This document shows positions 29,587 to 38,506 of a DNA stretch of 64,000 bases, in pieces (positions within the stretch are counted from its first letter, which is position 1; every line of letters begins with the position of its first letter). A model generated the notes under the pieces. That model was not told the DNA's origin. It did no database searches and saw only the letters and a program-made list of their open reading frames with translations. Both the position numbers and the translations under genes were made by a program. The stretch covers positions 41,722-105,721 of the forward strand of contig JBKHJG010000003.1 of NCBI GenBank assembly GCA_046538235.1, given 5' to 3'. The DNA is from Dehalococcoidia bacterium (GTDB lineage Bacteria > Chloroflexota > Dehalococcoidia > GIF9 > AB-539-J10).

Positions 29587-30780
29587 ATGGAGAGCATAAA
29601 GGATAAAGTCGCCATCATCGGCATGGGGTGCACCAGGTTTGGGGAGAGATGGGATGCTGGTCTGGATGACCTGGCCATAGAGGCCGCCTACGAAGCCTAT
29701 GAGGATGCGAATATCGACCCCAGCGAGATTCAGGCCTGCTGGTATGGCAGCGTCACCCAACCGGTGGTCGGCATCGGTTGTACACACCTGGCAGGGCCAC
29801 TGAAGCTGCACGGCATACCCATGACGCGGGTAGAGAATTGGTGCACCACGGGGCATGAGGCCCTGAGGAATGCGTGTTTCGGCGTGGCCTGCGGCATGTA
29901 TGACCTGGTCCTGGTCCTGGGCGTGGAGAAGCTCAAGGACACCGGCTTTCCCGGCCTCGGAACCGGACGGGGGATGAGCCCTGTACTGGAGGCGCGCCGC
30001 ACTGCACCGGGCTCGTTCGGAATGATCGCCACTCGATATTTCTATACTTACGGGCTGAAACCTGAAGAGGGTAAGCGCATCCTGGGCCAGATTGCCGTTA
30101 AGAACCATTACAACGGCAGCCTTTGTCCCAAGGCCCATTTCCGCAATCGGGTGACCCTCGAACAGGTGTTGAATGCTCCCATCATAGCCTGGCCACTTGG
30201 TCTCTTCGACTGCTGCGGCAACAGCGACGGCGGTGCCGCCGCACTCCTGGCCCCGGCTGCTTGTGCCCGCGGGCACAGGGATGACCCGGTCTACATAAAG
30301 GGCATAGGTGCCGCTCATGCTGCACTCCTCCCTCAGAACCGCCCCGGATTCGATTGGCTGCATTTCGAGGAGGTCATCAATTCGTCGCGCCAGGCCTACG
30401 AGCAGGCCGGCGTGGAAAACCCTCGCGAGCAGATCGACATTGCCGAGGTCCACGATTGCTTCACCAGCACCGAGCTGCTCCTGTACGAGCTACTCGGTTT
30501 CAGTCCGGAGGGCAAAGCCAGAGAGGATATCGACTCCCACTTCTTTGAACTGGGTGGCGGCCTGCCTGTGAATACCGATGGTGGGCTCAAATGCTTTGGA
30601 CATCCGGTAGGCGCCAGCGGTCTGAGGATGACTTACGAGGTGTACAAACAACTGCAGGGCAAGGCCCAGTTGCCCGACCGTCAGCTAAAGCAGGTCAGGC
30701 TGGGCATATCACAGACCTTCGGTGGCCCCCCTCAGGTAGCAGCGGTAGCTGTTCTGGGCAACGAGCCGGGCTATCCTTAG
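29587..30780 (+). CDS. SCP-x-type thiolase (DUF35-associated thiolase-like protein)
   Basis: VAIIGMGCTRFGE...VENWCTTGHEAL (Cys-Thr-Gly nucleophile loop) and the thiolase C-terminus (CFGHPVGASG). Confidence 0.8.
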   Translation: MESIKDKVAIIGMGCTRFGERWDAGLDDLAIEAAYEAYEDANIDPSEIQACWYGSVTQPVVGIGCTHLAGPLKLHGIPMTRVENWCTTGHEALRNACFGVACGMYDLVLVLGVEKLKDTGFPGLGTGRGMSPVLEARRTAPGSFGMIATRYFYTYGLKPEEGKRILGQIAVKNHYNGSLCPKAHFRNRVTLEQVLNAPIIAWPLGLFDCCGNSDGGAAALLAPAACARGHRDDPVYIKGIGAAHAALLPQNRPGFDWLHFEEVINSSRQAYEQAGVENPREQIDIAEVHDCFTSTELLLYELLGFSPEGKAREDIDSHFFELGGGLPVNTDGGLKCFGHPVGASGLRMTYEVYKQLQGKAQLPDRQLKQVRLGISQTFGGPPQVAAVAVLGNEPGYP

Positions 30781-30851
30781 ATAAGGCAGTATCCATCCTG
30801 GGAAGTTTCTCGGCGAGAGGAACTGTGGTACAATTTTCTCGCCAAGGTAAG

Positions 30852-31235
30852 ATGCCTATTTACGAATATGTGTGTGATTCCTGCGGCCGGGCAGTTAGCT
30901 CTTATCAGAAGCACTCTACTGGGCATCCGTCACGCTGTCCCCATTGCGGCGGCACGAAGCTGAGTCGCGTATTCTCCACCTTCGCCGTGCACAAGACATA
31001 CAGGGACACCTACGAGGACATACTCTCCGACCGCCAGCTTACCCGCGGCATGATGCGGGATGACCCCCGGGCCCTGGCCGAGTGGAGCAGGAGGATGAGC
31101 AGCGGCGAGGAATCGCCTCCCGAGTATGAGGAATTGACGGAGAGAATGGACAGGGGCGAGTGGCCCGCGGCGCAAATACAGGAGAGAAGAGAGCAGTTCT
31201 CCGCCCCGGAGCAAACCACCACTGACAGCAACTGA
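30852..31235 (+). CDS. FmdB-family zinc-ribbon protein
   Basis: MPIYEYVCDSCGR...CPHCGGTKLSRVFS, the FmdB CxxC...CxxC signature. Start at the internal ATG of the track ORF. Confidence 0.7.
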   Translation: MPIYEYVCDSCGRAVSSYQKHSTGHPSRCPHCGGTKLSRVFSTFAVHKTYRDTYEDILSDRQLTRGMMRDDPRALAEWSRRMSSGEESPPEYEELTERMDRGEWPAAQIQERREQFSAPEQTTTDSN

Positions 31236-31250
31236 TGGGAGACATGCCAT

Positions 31251-31625
31251 ATGCCCATCTATGAATACGTGTGTCACAACTGCCGCAGGAGACTCAGTTT
31301 CCTGATAAGAGACATCTCCGCTCCCTGTGCGCCGAAATGCCCATTTTGCGGCAGCACCACCTTATCCCGTACCGTTTCCGGCTTTGCCTACCACAGGTCG
31401 CTGAAGACGGTATGGGAAGAGAGCGGCGAGCCTGGTCCACGCCCCGATGCAGGGTATTACAGGGAGCCGCGCAATATCGGCCGTTGGGTGGAGAAGAAGT
31501 TCCAGAGCATGGGACAGGAGCTGCCGCCGCAGCTTCAAGAGCAGATACAGGCAGCCAGGGAAGGCGTAATGCCCGAACCGCTGAAGGACATGGGAAGTGC
31601 TTCGCCAACCGCTGCGTATGATTGA
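31251..31625 (+). CDS. FmdB-family zinc-ribbon protein (tandem paralog)
   Basis: MPIYEYVCHNCRR...CPFCGSTTLSRTVS. Confidence 0.7.
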   Translation: MPIYEYVCHNCRRRLSFLIRDISAPCAPKCPFCGSTTLSRTVSGFAYHRSLKTVWEESGEPGPRPDAGYYREPRNIGRWVEKKFQSMGQELPPQLQEQIQAAREGVMPEPLKDMGSASPTAAYD

Positions 31626-32688
31626 TGCCAATCTGAATCGTTCCAGTGAAGGCCTGCGTCTACTGGAAGATGTCGCTCGCTTCCTCCTGAACGATGCTGA
31701 AACGAGTGGCCGACTGAGAACCCTGCGTCACGATCTGGCCCACGAGGCCGGGGGACTCAGGGTGGAGCTTCTGTCTGAGAGGGATTCGGAGAGCGATGTC
31801 GGCCGTCATCAGCCCGTCGCCCGGCCTTCAACGAAGAGCGAACCGGCTCCACCCGTGGCGTCAGCGCAGAGTCTGGTCGACCTCGTGACAGCCAATGCTA
31901 AGAGGGTGCAGCAGTCTCTCAGAGTAATGGAGGAACTAGCCAAACTCCCTGACATAAGCTCGGTGCTGGACTCGAGCGCCTTTGAACGGGCGCGGTTTGA
32001 CCTTTACGCGTTAGAGCGAGACCTGGTCTCGCGAATATCGCGCCGCCATAGAGTGCAAGGCATACAGGGGCTCTATGTTGTCCTGGACAGGCAGTGCCTG
32101 GCGGGCAGGGATGAAGTGGATATCGCGAGGCAGATCATCGACGGAGGTGCCAGGACAATCCAGCTTCGCGACAAGGCCGCAGTTCGCGAGGATAATAAGC
32201 GAGGACTGCTGCTTGTGGCACAGGAACTGAAGGAGCTGTGCCGTCAAGCAGGCCTTCTATTCATAATGAATGATTACCTCGACCTGGCCATAGCCGTCGA
32301 TGCCGATGGCCTTCACATTGGGCAGAACGATCTGCCGCTGCCCGTGGTACGCAAGCAACTGCCCATTGACAGGATAGTCGGGTGTTCCGTAACAACGCTG
32401 TCCCAGGCCGAAAAGGCCCAGGCCGAAGGCGCCGATTATATTGCCGTGGGGTCTGTATACCCCACGGCAACCAAGGAGGCAGCCATTGTTGTAGGCCTGG
32501 ACAGGCTCAAGGAGCTCCGGCCTGCGGTGTCGGTCCCCCTGGTAGCCATCGGCGGCATAAATCCGGATAATATCGGTGAGGTAATGGCCGCTGGTGCGGA
32601 TGCTGCGGCTGTGGTCAGCGCCGTCCTGCGTGAGGACGATCTTCGAGGTGCGGTGCAGCAGTTGATTGCCCGATTGGGCCCTGTCTGA
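31618..32688 (+). CDS. thiE: thiamine-phosphate synthase with about 150-aa N-terminal extension
   Basis: The C-terminal roughly 210 aa is ThiE (YVVLDR...LRDK...GADYIAVGSVYPTATK...AIGGIN). The N-terminal extension is of unknown function. The start overlaps the FmdB stop. Confidence 0.8.
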   Translation: MIDANLNRSSEGLRLLEDVARFLLNDAETSGRLRTLRHDLAHEAGGLRVELLSERDSESDVGRHQPVARPSTKSEPAPPVASAQSLVDLVTANAKRVQQSLRVMEELAKLPDISSVLDSSAFERARFDLYALERDLVSRISRRHRVQGIQGLYVVLDRQCLAGRDEVDIARQIIDGGARTIQLRDKAAVREDNKRGLLLVAQELKELCRQAGLLFIMNDYLDLAIAVDADGLHIGQNDLPLPVVRKQLPIDRIVGCSVTTLSQAEKAQAEGADYIAVGSVYPTATKEAAIVVGLDRLKELRPAVSVPLVAIGGINPDNIGEVMAAGADAAAVVSAVLREDDLRGAVQQLIARLGPV

Positions 32689-33323
32689 TGGGAATGCCAG
32701 AACCTGTACAAGAATTGGAGCTCATAGCTGCCGAGCTTCGTCCCTGTTTTGCGGCCGAAGATGAGGCACGAGAGAAGGCCTTGCGTAGCTGCCGTCAGGT
32801 TATCCGGCACAGCGGCGATGCGATACGCGCCATCCATCGCCAGGACCACGACAGGGCAAGGAAGCACCTTGATTCAGCGCTTGAACTCCTGCGGGAGTTA
32901 GACCGCAACCTCGCCGGCCATGGAAGGCTGCTCCATTCAGGCTTTGTTCACGACGCCCAGAAGGAGTTTGCTGAAGCATGCATAACTTCGGCTTTGATCG
33001 CCGGCGAAGGCCTGCCCAGGCCGGAGTCGCTGGCCGTCAGCAGTACTGCCTATCTGGATGGCTTGGGGGAGTGCGTAGGAGAGCTGCGGAGGTTCATACT
33101 GGATAGCCTAAGGCGGGAAGACTTGACCCGTTGTGAGGAACTGCTGACCGTAATGGAAGAAATCCACACAGTGCTGATGACCATGGACTTCCCGGAATTG
33201 CTCGCCCATGGCCTGAGGCGCACCACTGACTCTATACGTGGCATTGTAGAAAGAACCCGGGGAGATATCACGGTCTCGTTAAGGCAAAGGAACCTGGAAA
33301 CGAAGCTCGATAAGCTAGGCTAG
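32688..33323 (+). CDS. translin-like protein
   Basis: About 210 aa, all-helical. YLDGLGECVGELRRFILDSL...EELLTVMEEIHTVL resembles the translin-family core. This is a weak call made from memory. Confidence 0.45.
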   Translation: MGMPEPVQELELIAAELRPCFAAEDEAREKALRSCRQVIRHSGDAIRAIHRQDHDRARKHLDSALELLRELDRNLAGHGRLLHSGFVHDAQKEFAEACITSALIAGEGLPRPESLAVSSTAYLDGLGECVGELRRFILDSLRREDLTRCEELLTVMEEIHTVLMTMDFPELLAHGLRRTTDSIRGIVERTRGDITVSLRQRNLETKLDKLG

Positions 33324-33408
33324 CGGCCTGCGCTAGGTGAACAGCCAAGCAACACTGCCCCCGCACCACCACACCAACTATCTCGGCCCCAGGCCGACCC
33401 CTGCTCTA

Positions 33409-34257
33409 TCAGTACTTGTAGAAGCCCTCACCCGTCTTGCGTCCCAAACGACCGGACTCGACCATATCTCTCAGCATTGCAGAGGGCGCCAGGCAGGGGT
33501 CCTTGCTCCTCTCATACATCGCGCGCGCTACCATATAGCCGACGTCCAGACCGTTGAAGTCGGCCAGGGCCAGTGGACCTATAGGATGACCCAGTCCCAG
33601 GGTCATGCTCTTATCAATATCCTCTGCACTGGCCACGCCGTTCTCCAGCAGGCGCACAGCAGCGCCTGTCAACGCCAGCAGCAGGTAATTGAAGATGAAT
33701 CCGGGAGTGTCCTGTGCCACCAGGATCTCCTTTCCCAGCGAACGGCCAAACTGCTTGATCGTTGCCAGCGTGTCCGCGCCGGTGGTATCTGCTGTGACAA
33801 TCTCGAGCAGCCTGCTGTGGGGTACGGGCGATAGAAAGTGTGTCCCCACTACTTTCCCGGGGCGTCCGGTTGCCCGGGCAAGCTCTGTGACGGATAGACA
33901 AGAAGTGTTGGAGCACAGGATCGTGTGTCCGGGACAAACCCTGTCCAGCCTGGCGAAAAGTCCCTTCTTGACTTTCATATCCTCCGGGACGGCTTCGATA
34001 ACCAGATCGCGGTCATCTAGGGCCTCATCAGGGATGCTGCCCCTGATACGGGCCCGGGTTGATTGCTTGTCCTGCTCGGATATCCTGCCTTTGTCGACGT
34101 CTCGGCCCAGGTAACGCTCTATTGCGGCCAGACCCTTGCTCAGCCGCTCATCGCTGACTTCCACGACCATTACGTCGTAGCCGGACTGAGCGCAGACCTG
34201 GGCAATGCCGGCGCCCATGAAGCCGCAGCCCACCACTCCTACCTTCTTAACATCCAT
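33409..34257 (-). CDS. hbd: 3-hydroxyacyl-CoA (3-hydroxybutyryl-CoA) dehydrogenase
   Basis: VKKVGVVGCGFMGAGIAQV Rossmann fold and HCDH C-terminal domain. Start at the internal ATG (residue 21), which abuts the stop of the next gene. Confidence 0.85.
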   Translation of the reverse strand: MDVKKVGVVGCGFMGAGIAQVCAQSGYDVMVVEVSDERLSKGLAAIERYLGRDVDKGRISEQDKQSTRARIRGSIPDEALDDRDLVIEAVPEDMKVKKGLFARLDRVCPGHTILCSNTSCLSVTELARATGRPGKVVGTHFLSPVPHSRLLEIVTADTTGADTLATIKQFGRSLGKEILVAQDTPGFIFNYLLLALTGAAVRLLENGVASAEDIDKSMTLGLGHPIGPLALADFNGLDVGYMVARAMYERSKDPCLAPSAMLRDMVESGRLGRKTGEGFYKY

Positions 34258-34258
34258 G

Positions 34259-35392
34259 TTAGTCACCGAGCAGTCCCATCTCCCTGGCCACCGCCTGCCG
34301 GTAGAAATCGGCATCACCGAAGGCGAGTTCTGCGGCCTTCGCGCGCCTGGTGTGAAAATGCAGGTCGTGTTCCATGCTAACGCCGATTGCGCCGTGAATC
34401 TGGTGAGCCAGGTTCATGACACGCCGGGAAGCTTCGCCAGTCCAGGCTTTGGCTATAGCCGCCTCCCTGGTACAGGAGAGTCCCTGGCTTAGCATCCAGG
34501 CTGCCTGATAGGTGCTGAACCTGGCGCCATCAACGTCGGTTGCCATGTCCACGCAATAGTGCTGAATGGCCTGGAAACTGCCAATTGGACGACCGAATTG
34601 TTTCCTCTCCTTGGCATAGTCCACAGTCATCTCCAGTACCCGCTGAATATTGCCCACGCTCTCGCAGCACTTAGCAACTGCCGCTCTCTGGACTATCTCC
34701 TGTACCACGCTGTAGTCCTGCGCTCGCCCCCCCAATACGTCAGCCTCTGGCACCGGCAATCGGTCAAAGACAACCTCGCATAGCTTGTCACCTCCGATGC
34801 TCTTCAACAGCTTGTGGCTTATGTGCGGGCTCCTGGCATTCGCCACAAGTACACCCATCCCGTTTTCGGATCTCATCCTGGCTACACATAGTACGTAGTC
34901 AGCGACATGGGCGTCGGGCACAAACAGCTTTGTGCCTTTGATAATATGGTTGCCACCGTAGGCGATGGCTTCAACTACGACTTCACGGGCATCATAGTTC
35001 CGGCAGCCAGGTTCAAGCAAGGCCAGGGTCAGCATGTTCTCGCCGCGGATCGCCGGGGGCAGGTATTTCTGCCTCTGCTCTTCACTGCCCAGCTCCGAGA
35101 TGGGCAGAAGGCCAAGGACCACCGTGGAAAAGAAGGGCCCAGGCAGGCACGCCCGCCCCATCTCCTCCAGTAGTACTGCCAGGTCGAGAAAACCCATGCC
35201 GCCGCCACCATATTGCTCCGGCAAGGCCAGGCCCATCCAGCCTAGATCGGCCATCTCTCTCCACAGTTCCGGCGAATACCCTCCCTCACTCCCTTCCATC
35301 TGCTTAACGTAGGCCTTGGGACACTTATCAGCAAGGAAAGCCCGGGCGGTCTTCCTTAGCATTTCTTGCTCTTCAGTAAGGGCCAACTTCAT
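34259..35392 (-). CDS. acyl-CoA dehydrogenase
   Basis: ACAD fold motifs (GGNHIIKGTKLFVPDA, catalytic-region YAKERKQFGRPIGSFQAIQH). Confidence 0.85.
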   Translation of the reverse strand: MKLALTEEQEMLRKTARAFLADKCPKAYVKQMEGSEGGYSPELWREMADLGWMGLALPEQYGGGGMGFLDLAVLLEEMGRACLPGPFFSTVVLGLLPISELGSEEQRQKYLPPAIRGENMLTLALLEPGCRNYDAREVVVEAIAYGGNHIIKGTKLFVPDAHVADYVLCVARMRSENGMGVLVANARSPHISHKLLKSIGGDKLCEVVFDRLPVPEADVLGGRAQDYSVVQEIVQRAAVAKCCESVGNIQRVLEMTVDYAKERKQFGRPIGSFQAIQHYCVDMATDVDGARFSTYQAAWMLSQGLSCTREAAIAKAWTGEASRRVMNLAHQIHGAIGVSMEHDLHFHTRRAKAAELAFGDADFYRQAVAREMGLLGD

Positions 35393-35488
35393 CGCTATCC
35401 TCCTTTATCGACGGTCCACACATCACTCCCAGCCGGATCGGTAAAAACTGTTACCCCTCGCGCAATTCGCTTCGCCCACGGCATCGGA

Positions 35489-36646
35489 TCAGGCGCTAGG
35501 CAACCCCAATCCCCGCGCAGCCACGATATTCTTCAGGATTTCAGTGGTGCCTGCCTGAAGGCTATAGCCCTTGGAGCCCAGGTATGAGTGCGGTGCCATG
35601 CCCCGGAGGGGGACTAACTCAGAGTCGTGCACCAGCTGGCCGTACGGACCTAACACCTCTATAGCTACGTTGGCCAGGCGTTTCTCGAACTCCGTGGAAT
35701 AGGCCTTGGACATAGCGGACTCCCAATTGGGAGTCCGTCCCTCTTCCATCACCGAAGTCACCCTGTAGCCGAGCAGGCGTCCCACCTCGAAGTCAATCTG
35801 GAGCTGGGCCAGCTTATGCCGGATCACCGGGTCCTGGCACAGTCCGTTCTCCCGGCTAAACTGAACGATGCCCGCGAAGAGAGGGTAGTTGCCCATGATG
35901 CGCTCCATGCCGCTCCTCTCATAGTCGAGCTGATGGAGCACCTGATAGAAGCCGCGGTTCTTCTCGCCTATCAGATACCTCTTGTGTACGCGCACATTGT
36001 CAAAGAAGAGGTCGCTCCATGCCTCGGTACCTGTGATGTCCGTCATGGGAATGCGACTCAGCCCGGGCGAACCCGCATCGACTATGAACTCACTGATGCC
36101 TCTGTGTTTTGGTGCCTCCGGGTCTGTTCTGGCATAGACGTCGAAGTAGTGGGCAAAGTAGGCGCAGCTGGTCCAGGTCTTCTGACCATTGATTACATAA
36201 TAATCGCCATCTTCCACCGCCCTGGTCTGCAGAGAGGCCAGGTCCGAGCCTGCGCCAGGTTCACTCATTCCCAGGCCGAAATAAGCCTCGCCCCGGGCGA
36301 TCCTGGGCAGGAATTCCTTCTTTAGCTCTTCTGAGCCGAAGGACAGTATGGCACCGCCCACCTGACGGTCGCCAAACCAGTGACATGCGGCCGGTGCTCC
36401 ATAGCGCAGCATTTCTTCAGTGAGGATGAGTCTATCCGTATGGCTGCGACCCTGGCCGCCGTACTCCTTGGGCCAAGTCAGTCCTATCCAGCCCCTGTCT
36501 GCCACTCGTTTCGTAAATCCGGGATCAAAGCCCTGTATCCAGGCGTCACATGCAGGTTTCCAGTACCCGCTCTCTATCTCCCCCTCTAAGAATCTGCGCA
36601 CCTCCTCTCTTAACCGATTCTGCTCCTCGGTGAAGCCGAAATCCAT
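35489..36646 (-). CDS. acyl-CoA dehydrogenase
   Basis: ACAD motifs (GLTWPKEYGGQG, YYVINGQKTWTS). Confidence 0.85.
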   Translation of the reverse strand: MDFGFTEEQNRLREEVRRFLEGEIESGYWKPACDAWIQGFDPGFTKRVADRGWIGLTWPKEYGGQGRSHTDRLILTEEMLRYGAPAACHWFGDRQVGGAILSFGSEELKKEFLPRIARGEAYFGLGMSEPGAGSDLASLQTRAVEDGDYYVINGQKTWTSCAYFAHYFDVYARTDPEAPKHRGISEFIVDAGSPGLSRIPMTDITGTEAWSDLFFDNVRVHKRYLIGEKNRGFYQVLHQLDYERSGMERIMGNYPLFAGIVQFSRENGLCQDPVIRHKLAQLQIDFEVGRLLGYRVTSVMEEGRTPNWESAMSKAYSTEFEKRLANVAIEVLGPYGQLVHDSELVPLRGMAPHSYLGSKGYSLQAGTTEILKNIVAARGLGLPSA

Positions 36647-36661
36647 CTTCTGCCTCCTTTG

Positions 36662-38224
36662 TCAGAGGTTGATATTGGAATACTTCCTCCAAGGCCGGGC
36701 CACACATTTGTTTTCCAGAGCATCCAGCGCCCTGTTTATGACTTTTCTGGTGTCGGCCGGGTCTATCACATCGTCAACATAGCCTCTCTCTGCGGCTCGA
36801 TAGGGGTTCTCGTACATTTCTGAGAATTCCCTTATCCTCTTGGTTCGTACCTCATCGGGCTGATCTGAGTCCCTTATCTCCTTGGCGAAGATGACGCTGG
36901 CAGCAGTTTCAGCTCCGACAATGGTGATCCGGGCTGTGGGCCAGGCAAAGACAAAATCTGCGCCGATAGCCTTGTCCAGCATCCCGTAGTGAGCGCCGGC
37001 ATAGGACTTTCTGATTATGACTGCAATCAAAGGCACGGTAGCATCAGCCCAGGCAAACAGCAGCTTGGCGCCGTGGCGGAGGATTCCTGCCCAGTCCTGC
37101 TGAGAGCCGATCAGATAACCGGGAGAGTCGTGGAGAGTGATGAGGGGAATGCCGAACAGATCGCAGAACCTGACGAACCTGGCCCCCTTATCGGCAGCAT
37201 CAACATCTATGCAGCCCGCCATCCATTTCGGCTGCGTAGCTACTATCCCGGCAGGACGGCCGTTGAAGCGGGCAAAACCGGTGATGATGTTCCGGGCATG
37301 GAGCCCCATGGTCTCAAAGAAGTGGCCGTCATCAGCTATCCTCTCGATAACCTGGTACATATCAAAAGGTTCATGTGCATGCCCGGGCAGCAGGCTGATC
37401 AGGTCCGCTCTCCTCTCCGGACTATCATCCGTTTCTATGCGAGGAGGCTTCTCCCTGTTGTTGGATGGCAGGAATGACAGAAGTTCCTTACACTTGTCCA
37501 GACAATCAGCATCGTCTTCCGCCACTATATGCGTTTGCCCCGACTTGACGGCATGCGCCCTGTAGCCGGAAAGCTCCTCGAGGCTGATTTCCTCCCCGGT
37601 CTGCGTCTTGACGAAGGCAGGGCCGGCAATGCCCATGAATCCCGTGCTCTTAGTTTGAATCAGGAAGTCCTGCATCACCGGATGGTATGCCTGCCCGCCA
37701 AGACAGGGTCCCATGAGCAGAGCTACCTGGGGCACTATACCGGAGGCCAGGATTTGAGACCTGAACAGCCATCCGTAGCTTTCCAGCGTGTCAATTCCTT
37801 CCTGCAGTCGGGCACCTCCGGAGTCGTTCATACCCACAAACGGCCATCCATTCTCCTTGGCGAATTCGATAGCGCGAACGAACTTCCTGCCGTGATATTC
37901 TCCGAACGTTCCCGCCATCGCCGTATAGTCCTCCGCGGCAACAACGGCGTTCCTGCCGTTCACCTTACCGAAGCCAGTGATTACGCCTTCAGCTGGTACC
38001 TCCCTCCGGTCCATGCCGAAGGCAGTTGTCCTGTGCCTGACGAACAGACCTATCTCCGTGAACGTGCCACGGTCGAAGAAGTAGTCTATCCTTTCCCGGG
38101 CCGACATCTGCCCCTTCTTATGGCGATCCTCAATCGCCCCTGGCCCCCCCATCTGCAGAATGCGTTCCCGTTTCCTCTTCAGTTCCTCCAGTGTATCCGT
38201 ATCCTTATGAGACTCATCAACCAT
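36662..38224 (-). CDS. acyl-CoA carboxylase carboxyltransferase subunit (propionyl-CoA carboxylase beta / methylmalonyl-CoA carboxyltransferase family)
   Basis: 520 aa with the two-lobed carboxyltransferase signature (GGARLQEGIDTLESYG, GPCLGGQAY, IVAEDDADC). Confidence 0.85.
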   Translation of the reverse strand: MVDESHKDTDTLEELKRKRERILQMGGPGAIEDRHKKGQMSARERIDYFFDRGTFTEIGLFVRHRTTAFGMDRREVPAEGVITGFGKVNGRNAVVAAEDYTAMAGTFGEYHGRKFVRAIEFAKENGWPFVGMNDSGGARLQEGIDTLESYGWLFRSQILASGIVPQVALLMGPCLGGQAYHPVMQDFLIQTKSTGFMGIAGPAFVKTQTGEEISLEELSGYRAHAVKSGQTHIVAEDDADCLDKCKELLSFLPSNNREKPPRIETDDSPERRADLISLLPGHAHEPFDMYQVIERIADDGHFFETMGLHARNIITGFARFNGRPAGIVATQPKWMAGCIDVDAADKGARFVRFCDLFGIPLITLHDSPGYLIGSQQDWAGILRHGAKLLFAWADATVPLIAVIIRKSYAGAHYGMLDKAIGADFVFAWPTARITIVGAETAASVIFAKEIRDSDQPDEVRTKRIREFSEMYENPYRAAERGYVDDVIDPADTRKVINRALDALENKCVARPWRKYSNINL

Positions 38225-38506
38225 GAGTTGGCCCCCTTATTATCGTCATTCAGGCCACCCGACCCTGACCCATCGTTCGGTTTCCAACACTACTGCGGGC
38301 AGTGGTCTCTTGCCTCCGCCTTAGCTGCGCTGGCGAACTCAGTCGTCCGGCACGCTGAGAAACCCAAATAGCCACCGCTCAACCGTGCTATGATATAGCA
38401 TAGCCACCACCTTTTCAAAGTTCAAACCCGGGACTGAGAACACAGAGGCGCTTCGGCCACATGATAGTGCGCTCTATTGCCATGCTGCGGGCGCCTGCCA
38501 CCCCAC

